Source: Meyerozyma guilliermondii
Taxonomy: Eukaryota
Reading direction: 5' to 3'
Length of the DNA stretch: 64,000 bases
NCBI GenBank assembly: GCA_051546255.1
Contig: CP128816.1
Location: forward strand, 806,001 to 870,000
Below, in pieces: positions 42,133 to 52,135 of the stretch. The translations under genes were made by a program, and so were the position numbers. A model generated the notes under the pieces. It had not been told where the DNA came from. It searched no databases and was given only the letters and a program-made list of their open reading frames with translations. Position 1 is the stretch's first letter, and every line of letters starts with the position of its first letter.

Positions 42133-43695
42133 CTACTTACGCTTCTTGTTCTTCTTTCTCTTTGGAGGAGCAAGGGCATGTCCAGTGGAATTAACATGCT
42201 GGAATAGCTTATTTCGAGAGGGAAACGACTCATTACAAACCGTGCACACTTCCAGTGAAGAGTTGGAAGAAGTTTGGGTAGTTATCTTTTTTTCCTTCTT
42301 CTTTTTTTTCGGCTTTGTTCCCCAGTCGTCGTCGCTATCAAAGTTGACTTTGAGACCATTTTCAACAGATTGGGCCAACTTAGCAAGATCTGTGTCTATA
42401 TCACTGTCGACTTCATTGTCCACTTCATAGTCCGGCTTATTATTGTCAACCGAATCAAATTCTTTCAGATCTCCAGCTTCTTTCAGATCTTCTTTCAGAT
42501 CTTCTTTCTCTTCGTCCTCGCTCGCTGTGGTAAACTCGTCACTTTCTTGGCTGGTTTCTCCGTCCATTTTATCGATTCCAAGCTCTATACCCTCCTTTCT
42601 CATGCTCCACTTAAGTCGTTTCACCGCCTTTTTATGCTTGTTAGACAGCTCGTGCATCTCAAACTGCCGCTTTGTTTTAAACTGCTTGTTGCAAACGACG
42701 CAATCGTAATAGTCGTCATCTTCGGGAGGAGCAAATTCATCAAACTCGCTATCAGAACTCGACCTAAAGTCCTCTTCAAGAATTCTCTCCACTTCTTCGA
42801 GTTCGTCCAAGTCAAGTTTCTGCCAGTCTTGAACGTCAAACTTGGCCTTAGCCATTTCTCGTAATTCTCGGTTTCTTTGTTCTTTGACCTGGCGCTCGAG
42901 CTCTTCCTGATGCTTTTTCTTACGCTGTTTTTCAAACTCACTTATTCCACTTTTGACCCGCGGATCTCTCTTTTTAATGAACTGAACGTAGCTCCGAACA
43001 GTCTCGTTGTACTCTTTTCGTGCACTGTCACGGATCTTTTTATTCTCTTTTTCCATAAGTCTTTTAGTTCTGCGATCGGGTGCTGAAGAGTACCGATAAC
43101 TATCTTTCCACGCAAATGACTTGACGGTCTGGAAACTGCTCCATTCCGTGTAGAAGCGTCTTACTTGGGTGGTATAGTCAGATGCACTGTTTCCAAATCG
43201 AGGAAATTTGAGCATAGACGAATCGATAACGTTGACGTTTGGAGCATCGTCCTTGAAAAGTTCGTATTCTTTCAAACCTTGCAGTCGAGCATGACGAATC
43301 TCCTCGGCCGCAAGCCGCTCAAATAACCGTTCGGTGACGTTATAGAAGCCGGATAATGAATCATCTATAATGGTGTACAATGCTGGGTTGAAATATCTCA
43401 TAAGTTCCTCTACAGAAATGCTGGGGATGGATGGTATTGCCTCGTCCTCGGTACCATAGTCGTCGTCGTCTCGAAGGATCTGATTCTTATGCGAATCGTA
43501 CCATGACCGTTCTTGGGGATCGGATAATACTTCATAGGCCGCTCGCACCAATGCAAATCTTTGTGTTGCACCCTCTATATCGTCTGGGTTTTTATCTGGA
43601 TGGAGCTGAAGAGCCTTCTTACGGTACGCTCGCTTCAAATCGGCGTCCGTAGCAGTTTCGGAAACCCCTAGAAGTTCATAGTAACCGGTCTTCAT
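42133..43695 (-). CDS. JJJ1: J-domain / C2H2 zinc-finger ribosome biogenesis chaperone Jjj1
   Basis: HPDKNP J-domain, FIKKRDPRV, two C2H2 fingers. Confidence 0.95.
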   Translation of the reverse strand: MKTGYYELLGVSETATDADLKRAYRKKALQLHPDKNPDDIEGATQRFALVRAAYEVLSDPQERSWYDSHKNQILRDDDDYGTEDEAIPSIPSISVEELMRYFNPALYTIIDDSLSGFYNVTERLFERLAAEEIRHARLQGLKEYELFKDDAPNVNVIDSSMLKFPRFGNSASDYTTQVRRFYTEWSSFQTVKSFAWKDSYRYSSAPDRRTKRLMEKENKKIRDSARKEYNETVRSYVQFIKKRDPRVKSGISEFEKQRKKKHQEELERQVKEQRNRELREMAKAKFDVQDWQKLDLDELEEVERILEEDFRSSSDSEFDEFAPPEDDDYYDCVVCNKQFKTKRQFEMHELSNKHKKAVKRLKWSMRKEGIELGIDKMDGETSQESDEFTTASEDEEKEDLKEDLKEAGDLKEFDSVDNNKPDYEVDNEVDSDIDTDLAKLAQSVENGLKVNFDSDDDWGTKPKKKKKEKKITTQTSSNSSLEVCTVCNESFPSRNKLFQHVNSTGHALAPPKRKKNKKRK

Positions 43696-43781
43696 CGCCC
43701 TCTAGCTATTCAAGATACTGGTGATAAAAATGAGAAGAGCCTGCATCTGTGCACACGATGTAATTTTTAGCTATAAACACT

Positions 43782-45566
43782 CTACCAACCTTTCGAATGA
43801 TAGTCATTCTCTATGTATTCGTCCTTCACCTCTACCTTTTCACTCCGAACCACTTTAGGAGGAAGAGGAACTTTCCCCAACCGATAATCGATGATGATAG
43901 AGTCCTTGAGTGATTTGCTCAATTCCGTTGACAACATCGATCTTCGGGTCAGCTTGGGAGACATCTTTGTTCCAGCTGCTCGAGGGCTTGCTCCCGAATT
44001 CGAGTCCAAAGTGATTGGAGACGATTTTGTGGACGAAGCCGTTGCGGGAGAATGGTCAGAGTTTTTGATGGACGTTGGTGATTTGAGTGAACTCAGTACA
44101 GGTTGAGGATCATAACTTTCCTCTGTTTGGTAGACAGGTGTGGTCTTTAGCTGTTCCAAACTGGCATTTTTGCGTGCTTTGGCTCTGGAGCTGAAAAGTC
44201 CGGACAAACTCAACGAGCTCTTGGAAAGGAGGTTTCTGAGCGAATGCTCATGTACAGATCCTGAGTATTTTGTGAGACTTGACGAGAGGGCGTCATGAGG
44301 ACTTGTTGCTAGGCCATCTTTACGCTCGTTGCTGTTGATACTATTCGACGACCGGGTTACATTGAAGTCAGAGATGCCAACAATCAGTTTCTGCTTACCA
44401 AGCACGCTGTCGTCTTCATCATTATCACTAGAGTAATCGTCGAGTATGTTATTCTTGACGTTGACATTGTGAAAATGGGGATAGTTTCTTGAAATGTTCA
44501 AAACACTATTGTATTTTTTGGAAAACATGATCGATGGTCGAGTCGTATTAGATGAATCGCGACCGCTACCTTCGATGGTAATGATTCCCGTGGTGGAGGA
44601 GCGCTTTAGTTTTGGCTTGGGGTTGGCAGTTCTGCGGTCTGGTGCTGCGGCCAATTCACTCAAGAACAATCCTGAGAGAAGTGATCGTGGCTTGCCCAAC
44701 AGTGGAGGAGGAATGGTGTCATTGGAGCGATGTGGGGTCATGACGTCGGTGAGCGAACCCGTGTGGGAGTGGCTCAAATCACGTTTATGAAAGTTGAGAG
44801 AGTGATGTTGCTCGGCGGGCGGTTCGTCCTCAGATGAAACCGATACCCATTCGCTGTCGTCGTCAGGACGCGACAGACAGGAGGCATTTTCTGGTTTTTT
44901 CAGCCTTCTGAAAAGACTGGATAGGTGACCTCGGGTGGATTTTTCAGAGGATTCTGGTGGTGATGGGGAGTTTGCAATGAAAAAGATGTTGGAACGCAGG
45001 GGCAGTTGATTTGCAGATGATTTGTGGGAGGAAGCGACCGATTTGGCTAGCTTGTTGACGGAAGATTCCGCTTCGGACTCGGCAGGCTGGAAACCACGCA
45101 CGAGCGATGGAGATTTTGAGGATTTGCTAGGAAAATAGCTGTCTGAGCGTTCTCGGGCTGTGTTCTCGAACGGAGCCGAGAGAGCTCCAGTATCACTATC
45201 GGAGTCGTAGAAATCGTCCTCTTCTTCGGATATGTCGGATATGTCCTCGCTATCGCTTGCGCTCTCTTCAGGAGCTGTTGCTGATACCTTGGAAGTATGG
45301 GAAAAGAGGGTGGTTTGTGAGTTGGAGCTGTGGTCAAATAACGACGGTCTTTTTTCGGATGACAATTCGATTTTCGAGTCTGATTCGACTTCGGAGTCGC
45401 CACAACGTTCACCACTGGGCGGGGCTGTTTTGGGTTCGGTTTTGCCGACTTCTGGAGCCGGTTTATCTCGCCTAAACATTTGAGCTGGCGACAGATGGGA
45501 AAGAAGGACGTGAGCGGTATGGGGAGACCAGGTTGTGCTTATAGATACCAGAAGTGATTGAGACAT
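43782..45566 (-). CDS. Ser-rich DUF3295-type protein (Mks1-like regulator)
   Basis: DDDSEW, SLLS, LKRSSTTG, SPK.TRRSMLSTELSKSL, C-terminal DYHSKGW characteristic of this family as I recall it. Confidence 0.6.
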   Translation of the reverse strand: MSQSLLVSISTTWSPHTAHVLLSHLSPAQMFRRDKPAPEVGKTEPKTAPPSGERCGDSEVESDSKIELSSEKRPSLFDHSSNSQTTLFSHTSKVSATAPEESASDSEDISDISEEEDDFYDSDSDTGALSAPFENTARERSDSYFPSKSSKSPSLVRGFQPAESEAESSVNKLAKSVASSHKSSANQLPLRSNIFFIANSPSPPESSEKSTRGHLSSLFRRLKKPENASCLSRPDDDSEWVSVSSEDEPPAEQHHSLNFHKRDLSHSHTGSLTDVMTPHRSNDTIPPPLLGKPRSLLSGLFLSELAAAPDRRTANPKPKLKRSSTTGIITIEGSGRDSSNTTRPSIMFSKKYNSVLNISRNYPHFHNVNVKNNILDDYSSDNDEDDSVLGKQKLIVGISDFNVTRSSNSINSNERKDGLATSPHDALSSSLTKYSGSVHEHSLRNLLSKSSLSLSGLFSSRAKARKNASLEQLKTTPVYQTEESYDPQPVLSSLKSPTSIKNSDHSPATASSTKSSPITLDSNSGASPRAAGTKMSPKLTRRSMLSTELSKSLKDSIIIDYRLGKVPLPPKVVRSEKVEVKDEYIENDYHSKGW

Positions 45567-46491
45567 CCGATTATGAAGGAAAAGCCCGGATAATGGACGG
45601 AAAACTCCACCAAAGGTGAAACCGGATAAAAGTGGAAAAGTATGGAAACGAAGAAAATAGTGAGCCCCGAATATTTGCGTCCACTAAGACGCTTTTGTGG
45701 TTGTGGAACACGAGGAAATAGCTTGGAATATGTGAGAATTCTCTAAATTTACATCCACTAATTAGCTGCTTCCAACAGCACGATTCTGTCGCAGCTGATA
45801 ACCATGACCGTTTTCGCATCCTGGTCTTGATTTGAATGACAGGGCGTGCGCGGCCCACGCGATAGGCGGTGCGACCGTGGGCAGAAGGCGGGAAGATAGG
45901 AGGAGAAGGTAAGAGATAGGGAAGGGAAATGTAGATGGAGTTGTGGATCGGTCAGAAATCGGGGGTAGGTTAGTTGTAGTTTGAACTTTTTGGGGTTTTT
46001 GCAGTATACAATATTTATCGTGTTTACAATTGCCAGCATTCTATTACAGTGTTTGTCATCTCGATTTCGCGCGGTATCTTGCATCCACGCACAAGTGTGA
46101 TTTCGCTTACAAAAGTGTTCGATTTCGCAATAGTTACTTAACGACTCACAATTAAAGTTTTAAGATATGTATTTTTGGAAATTTTCAAAATACTAAAATA
46201 TCTTTCCTCGAGTAGCTGCTGCCAGCAATAATGTTTACCAGTGGACAATTAGGTTCTCGTGGCTACATGGTATATCAGACCAGCCGCTTCAAACTTTGAA
46301 GCAAAAGTTGAGGAAGGCATTCCAATACTACTTCGCCGCGCAGCTTTCTGCTTCTAAGATGGGCTATCAAGATCAATGCAAAACTAACTCACTATAACAG
46401 TTATGCAAATTAGCTGCTGGTCATTTCGGTGCTTGACGAATCCGAATTTTCACTAGCCAATCTGTGCTAAATTCTGTGCAGTCGCTTGGTA

Positions 46492-49400
46492 TCAATTAGA
46501 TTCCTGCATTCTCCTTCTTGAACCCAAGGAGCCAGTAGCTCCTAATTGAGATTCATCTTTGTTCAATTGTAACTCAAAAAAATCCTCTTCAATATCGCCA
46601 TCTTTGGAACCAAATCCGCCTCCACCGGGAGTTAATATTTTCACTCTGTCGCCTTTCCCGACTGTGATCGTATTTTTCCCGCCAAGGTAGACATTCCTTG
46701 TGGAAAAGGTGCCTGTTTCTTCGTTGTAGCTGTTCTTTATCCAAACGTTCCGTCCTTTTTGGCCATTTTCTCCTCCAGCCATACCATACGGTTCAAAAGT
46801 TCTCCTCTCCAGTAAACAGGTCACCGAAAGGTTAGGGTAGGTAAATTCAATTTCTCGAACGACACCGTCTCCACCACAGTGTCTACCCTGTCCACCCGAA
46901 TTTGTACGAATTCTGAAATCATGGACCACTACGGGATATCGCTTTTCGAAAACTTCAACATCTGTCATTCTGGTATTCGTGATGTGACACTGTACACCTG
47001 ATTGGCCATCCCATGTGTGTCCAGCACCAGCCCCACCAGCAATACTCTCGTAATATCCAAAGGATATGCTTTTTTCTTTATCATCAATGCCGAATGTTAA
47101 GTTGTTCAATGTACCTTGCGATGCTCCTGCAACTTTGAATGCTCGCAATATAACGTCAACAATTCTCTGAGAAGTTTCAACATTTCCGCCAACAACTGCT
47201 GCCTCGAATGAAGGATCAATAACGCTGCCTTCTCTTGTTAAAATGCTTATTGGTTTGAGACAGCCGTTGTTCAATGGAATCTCCATATTAATAAGTGTTC
47301 TGAGAACATAAAGCACGGCTGAATGAAGAATAGACTTCGGAGCATTCAAGTTGCCATATATTTCATCTCCAGTGCCACGAAAATCAAAAATGGCTGTACC
47401 TTCTTTCGAATCAATAGATATATCAAGACAAATTGGAGTTCCGTCATCTAGGTAATCGGTGGCACTTAATTTACGCCCCACGAACTTGCGCTCTGTCGAT
47501 CTCAAAAGATTCTTCACAGCAGTCTCAGCAACCTCTTGAATTCCTGACATGTACAAAGCAACCACCTCGTAACTGTACTCATCAGTGAGCTTCTTCAATA
47601 AAGTGAGACCTTTGTAGTTTGCAGAGACCTGCGCCTTCAAGTCAGATAAATTGTCAGACAAACATCTGGTTCCAGACGACCCTGGGTACTTAGCGGGCTC
47701 TTCAAGTAAAAGACGAGTCATTCCCACGTCATCAAACTGTCCCTCACTATAAAGTTTGTGGGTAATGATAGCTGCTCCTTCTTCGTATATGACCTTAGAA
47801 TTTGAGGGCATACTACCAGGTGAAATGGAGCCGATGTCAGCATGGTGTCCCCTCGAAGCTGCCCAAAATAAAGGAATTGCGGAATTGTCGACAAAAATAG
47901 GTGTAATAACAGTGATATCGGGAAGGTGAGTTCCACCGGCTTTCGGATGATTCGAAACGAAAACATCTCCAGGTTTGATATTTCCATCCCACAATCTAAT
48001 TTGGGCTTTGACTGCAAATGACATAGCACCAAGATGAATAGGTATATGCGGGGCATTTGCAATAAGGTCCCCATTCTTATCAAAGATTGCACAAGAAAAA
48101 TCCAACCGTTCTTTGATATTTGTCGAAATTGCAGTTTGCTCTAAAGTCTTGCCCATTTGTTCTGCAATAGACATGAACCTATGACCAAAAACCGATAACT
48201 GAACGGGATTCACAGTTGTCTTTGATATATTCGTATTCCTGATGTTTTCAACAGATAGCAAGATGTGTTCCCTCAATATAACACCCTCAGATTGCGGATC
48301 AAGCAAAACGGTTTGAGTATCATCTAAAATAATTGCTGGCCCGCGGACCAAGTTTCCACAACTCAAGTCATTCAAATGATACACTCCGATATCGAGCCAT
48401 CCATGCGCTTCGAAATAAGTCATTTGCCTCGAATGAGCATCAACTACATTTAATGATCCAGACAGCTTTAGTTGACGATACTCAGCAAACGGATTGTGAA
48501 CAGATCTTTTGCCAGTATGAACCTTTAAAAGGACTTGAATGTCTTGCACGAGCACTGCTCTATCTAATGTGAATCCAAACTCACGGTTGTGGCGTTCAAT
48601 GAATAAAACATCACAGTTATGTTTTTCACCCTTTGGAATAAGTAATTTTGAATCAGCCCCTTGATAGTGCATGTTCAAGTAAACCTCTAAGGTAGTATCA
48701 AACTCTGTGAGACCTTGCTCAGTATAATCTTCGAACGCCGCCTGTACTGCAGAAGATATAATTCTGTTGATATTTTCATGGCTCCCACTGTTATACTCAA
48801 ACGAAACAGGATGCTGTTTTTCGATCATGATATCTGCCAAACTAATACCATACGCAGATAATAATGAAGAATATTTGTGTAGTGCAATATGCTTGATTCC
48901 CAAATTACGTGCCAAAGCAACCGCAAACTGACCACCGGATCCCCCAAAACAGGCTAAATTGTGGTCTGATGGATTAAATCCTTTCGCTTCAGTTAAAGAA
49001 CGAATTGGTCTACTCATAGACTCAACTGCAACCTTCAAAAAGCCGGCAGCAACTTCTTCTGCTGAAAGTGGCGAGTCATTGGGTCTCTCAATATTGATTT
49101 TTTTGGTTAATTGATGCATAAGGTTAGCTGTAGCCTCTAAGCTCAACAGTTCGTTTTGTCCAGGTCCGAAAATCTTAGGAAAGTATCCTGGAATCAATCT
49201 ACCAAGAAATAAATTTGCATCTGTAACAGTTAAAGGTCCGCCTTTTCTGTAGCAAGCAGGACCGGGGTCTGATCCTGCTGATTCTGGACCAGATACAAAC
49301 ATTCCATTTCTCCAGAATAACATGCTACCACCGCCCGCAGCAACAGTTGAAATATCTAACTGTGGAGTCTGAAGGCTCACCTGGTTAACCACTGTTTCGT

Positions 49401-50436
49401 ATATGTGCTCAAAATTTTCGTCAAACCTGCTAACATCAGTTGAAGTTCCTCCTGCGTCAAAGCCAATGGTAGCCTTTCTTTCTTCGCTATCATAACAGGT
49501 CAAACCATAGCCAACTAAGCCACCGGCCGGGCCAGAAAGAATCGCTTTTAGTCCAGTAAATTTATACCATGGGCAAAGACCACCGTTGCTTTGCATGAAC
49601 AAAAGTTTATTTCCGAGCGAGTCGAGTCCGCCTTCAAATCCATGGCTGATACTTTTGATATACTCATGCAAAATTGGGCTCAAATAAGCGTCAGCTACTG
49701 TGGAAGAAGCTCGATTCACCATCCCAATCATTGGCTGAAGTTCATGAGATACAGAAACAGAGAATCCAAGTTTTCGACAGATGTCTGCAACCTTTTGTTC
49801 ATGAATAGGATAGACGAATGCATGCACAAAACAAATGGCAAAACAATCAACTGTTTTCCTCTCGTGTAAAGCTTCAAGCTGGTTTTCGATTTGCTCATAA
49901 TCTGGCTCCTGTAAAACTTTAATCAACTCGCCGGATGCTCCTCGTCTCACATTTTCGTCTTCTTCAACAACCAATTTTGATCCTCCACCTTCGCTAAATC
50001 CAGCTGGAGTGACTCTTTCATCAATCTCAAGTACTTCGCTGTATAGTTGATCAAACTTATGTGCGCTGAGATCAAATATATCTGGCCGAGTTTGGTTACC
50101 AATGGCTAAAACATCTTTAAACCCTTTGGAAGTAACTAAACAAACTTTCGCTCCCTTTCGTTCCAATAATGCGTTTGTGGCAACAGTAGTTCCCATACGC
50201 ACACTTTGGATATTGTCCAATTTCAACTTTTGTCCCTGGGGTATCTCATGGTTTTCAAACTTGGAGAGAACTCTTCTAATTCCTTCAGTGGGGGCATCGA
50301 GATAGTTTGCAGGATCTACTGAAAGAAGCTTGAAGACATAATCTTCATGCCCATCCAATTGGCCGATCACGTCGCAGAACGTTCCGCCTCTGTCAATAGA
50401 AATCTTGATTTTAGGTTCAAAATTGGACTTTGTCAT
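46492..50436 (-). CDS. OXP1: ATP-dependent 5-oxoprolinase / hydantoinase-family lactamase (fused A+B domains)
   Basis: DRGGTFCD, RMGTTVATNALLERKG, SGPAGG, HRFMSIAEQMG, NIKERLDFSCA, HLPDITV, GHHADIG, GGNVETSQR, TPGGGGFG; could be a paralog rather than the housekeeping OXP1. Confidence 0.88.
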   Translation of the reverse strand: MTKSNFEPKIKISIDRGGTFCDVIGQLDGHEDYVFKLLSVDPANYLDAPTEGIRRVLSKFENHEIPQGQKLKLDNIQSVRMGTTVATNALLERKGAKVCLVTSKGFKDVLAIGNQTRPDIFDLSAHKFDQLYSEVLEIDERVTPAGFSEGGGSKLVVEEDENVRRGASGELIKVLQEPDYEQIENQLEALHERKTVDCFAICFVHAFVYPIHEQKVADICRKLGFSVSVSHELQPMIGMVNRASSTVADAYLSPILHEYIKSISHGFEGGLDSLGNKLLFMQSNGGLCPWYKFTGLKAILSGPAGGLVGYGLTCYDSEERKATIGFDAGGTSTDVSRFDENFEHIYETVVNQVSLQTPQLDISTVAAGGGSMLFWRNGMFVSGPESAGSDPGPACYRKGGPLTVTDANLFLGRLIPGYFPKIFGPGQNELLSLEATANLMHQLTKKINIERPNDSPLSAEEVAAGFLKVAVESMSRPIRSLTEAKGFNPSDHNLACFGGSGGQFAVALARNLGIKHIALHKYSSLLSAYGISLADIMIEKQHPVSFEYNSGSHENINRIISSAVQAAFEDYTEQGLTEFDTTLEVYLNMHYQGADSKLLIPKGEKHNCDVLFIERHNREFGFTLDRAVLVQDIQVLLKVHTGKRSVHNPFAEYRQLKLSGSLNVVDAHSRQMTYFEAHGWLDIGVYHLNDLSCGNLVRGPAIILDDTQTVLLDPQSEGVILREHILLSVENIRNTNISKTTVNPVQLSVFGHRFMSIAEQMGKTLEQTAISTNIKERLDFSCAIFDKNGDLIANAPHIPIHLGAMSFAVKAQIRLWDGNIKPGDVFVSNHPKAGGTHLPDITVITPIFVDNSAIPLFWAASRGHHADIGSISPGSMPSNSKVIYEEGAAIITHKLYSEGQFDDVGMTRLLLEEPAKYPGSSGTRCLSDNLSDLKAQVSANYKGLTLLKKLTDEYSYEVVALYMSGIQEVAETAVKNLLRSTERKFVGRKLSATDYLDDGTPICLDISIDSKEGTAIFDFRGTGDEIYGNLNAPKSILHSAVLYVLRTLINMEIPLNNGCLKPISILTREGSVIDPSFEAAVVGGNVETSQRIVDVILRAFKVAGASQGTLNNLTFGIDDKEKSISFGYYESIAGGAGAGHTWDGQSGVQCHITNTRMTDVEVFEKRYPVVVHDFRIRTNSGGQGRHCGGDGVVREIEFTYPNLSVTCLLERRTFEPYGMAGGENGQKGRNVWIKNSYNEETGTFSTRNVYLGGKNTITVGKGDRVKILTPGGGGFGSKDGDIEEDFFELQLNKDESQLGATGSLGSRRRMQESN

Positions 50437-50819
50437 GAATGAGGATAACTTTCTTGAATTGCAATTGATTACAGAAGGCCCGCTTTAAATGGTATACGAA
50501 CATTACATTGACATGATAGATAGGAACCTCGGCATTGGAGTTTTTATCCGATCTTCTCTTAACGATAAGACAATCGAATTAACATACTTGAATGTATGGC
50601 TTATATGCTTATCATGCAACAATACTACTAGATCGGACAACTAGTTGGGGGTCCCGCTCTATATACAGGAAAGAACATCGGCTGCAAAAAAGACACTGAA
50701 TTTGATTGACATCTGATCGGAACTGTTGCCAAGCAAATGGATGCATTTGCCCAAATCTGCTCGATATAAGAGGCAGGATGTCTTGCGTTCTTGGTACAGA
50801 GATCATCTTGCAATTGAAT

Positions 50820-52115
50820 ATGTCAAATGAAGTCGAATGGAAACCATTGAACGTAATTGTACTAGGAGGTGGTATTGGGGGTTTGGCTTGTGCGGTTGCG
50901 ATGAGAAGAGCTGCACATCAAGTCACGGTGTATGAGCGATCAGACTTTTGTGGTGAGGTTGGAGCTGCTATATCTTGCGCATCCAATGGGGGTAAGTGGC
51001 TCCACGAATGGGGAATTGATATGGAAAAAACCAAACCGGTAATTTTGAAATCTTTGATCAAGCATCGTTGGAATGACGGCGAAGTGTTCGAAACTCTCGC
51101 TTTTGATGGATATGAGAAACACTTTGGTGTCCCCTATTATAATTTCCACAGAAAAGATATTCACAGCTCCCTTTATGACGCAGCTACGAATGTGAATCGC
51201 GACGGAACTCCTGCTCAAATAGTGCTCAATCATGAGGCTGTTGAAATTGATTATGAAACATGTTCTGTTACTTTTGAAAATGGAAAGACTGTTTCGGGAG
51301 ACATTATTCTAGCTGCTGATGGTATTAGAAGCCGGACGAAACCCCAGCTTGGAATTACGCCCGTCTTTGAAAAGGCCGATTCTTCTTGTATCCGAGTTTT
51401 GTACGACTCTGAAAAAGCAAAGCAATTAGGGTTACTCGATTTTGCTTCAAATGATGCCATTGAATTTTGGGGTACGAACGAAAATAAGATTGTTATGTCA
51501 CCTTGCGAAAACGGTAGAACTGTTTGCTGCTTGTGCTTTTACAAGTGTAGCGAAAAGTCTTACAACACCTTTAATCGTAAAGTTTCATTGGAGAGGCTCC
51601 TTGAAGTTCTCCCCGACCTTGACCCTCAACTATGTCAAATTTTTAAAGAATGTGGATACGAGATTAAAGAATGGGGTTTGTATATCCATGAACCTCTTCC
51701 TTACTTCTTCAAAGCAAGCAAGTCAGGAAAGAAGGGGGTAGCTCTTGTTGGTGACGCCGCTCATCCAATGATGCCGGATCAAGCCCAGGGTGCAGTTTCT
51801 GCTATTGAAGACGCAGGCTGTCTCGGAGAAGTCTTTTCTAAAGAGCATGATTTAAGTGTCGAAGAATCTCTCATGATCTATGAGCTGGTTAGAAAAGAGA
51901 GAGTAACTAAGATCCAAGATGCTTCTTTGAGAGCCAGAAGAAATTTGAATGAGCGAATGGGCTGGAACAAGGATTTGGCGAACCCTCACAAGCTATCTCT
52001 TGTAGAGGTATGTGGTTACGATATGAAGGATCACATCAAACAGGCTGTAAAGCTGATCAAGCAGAAGCAGTTTGTAACGTATTCAGCTGAACAATTTGTA
52101 CACATCCTTTCATAA
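50820..52115 (+). CDS. Group A FAD-dependent aromatic monooxygenase (salicylate / 6-hydroxynicotinate hydroxylase-like)
   Basis: GGGIGGL, ILAADGIRS, LVGDAAHPMMPDQAQGA..AIED; likely ATG at 50820. Confidence 0.9.
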   Translation: MSNEVEWKPLNVIVLGGGIGGLACAVAMRRAAHQVTVYERSDFCGEVGAAISCASNGGKWLHEWGIDMEKTKPVILKSLIKHRWNDGEVFETLAFDGYEKHFGVPYYNFHRKDIHSSLYDAATNVNRDGTPAQIVLNHEAVEIDYETCSVTFENGKTVSGDIILAADGIRSRTKPQLGITPVFEKADSSCIRVLYDSEKAKQLGLLDFASNDAIEFWGTNENKIVMSPCENGRTVCCLCFYKCSEKSYNTFNRKVSLERLLEVLPDLDPQLCQIFKECGYEIKEWGLYIHEPLPYFFKASKSGKKGVALVGDAAHPMMPDQAQGAVSAIEDAGCLGEVFSKEHDLSVEESLMIYELVRKERVTKIQDASLRARRNLNERMGWNKDLANPHKLSLVEVCGYDMKDHIKQAVKLIKQKQFVTYSAEQFVHILS

Positions 52116-52135
52116 GTATTCACTCCAATTATAAA

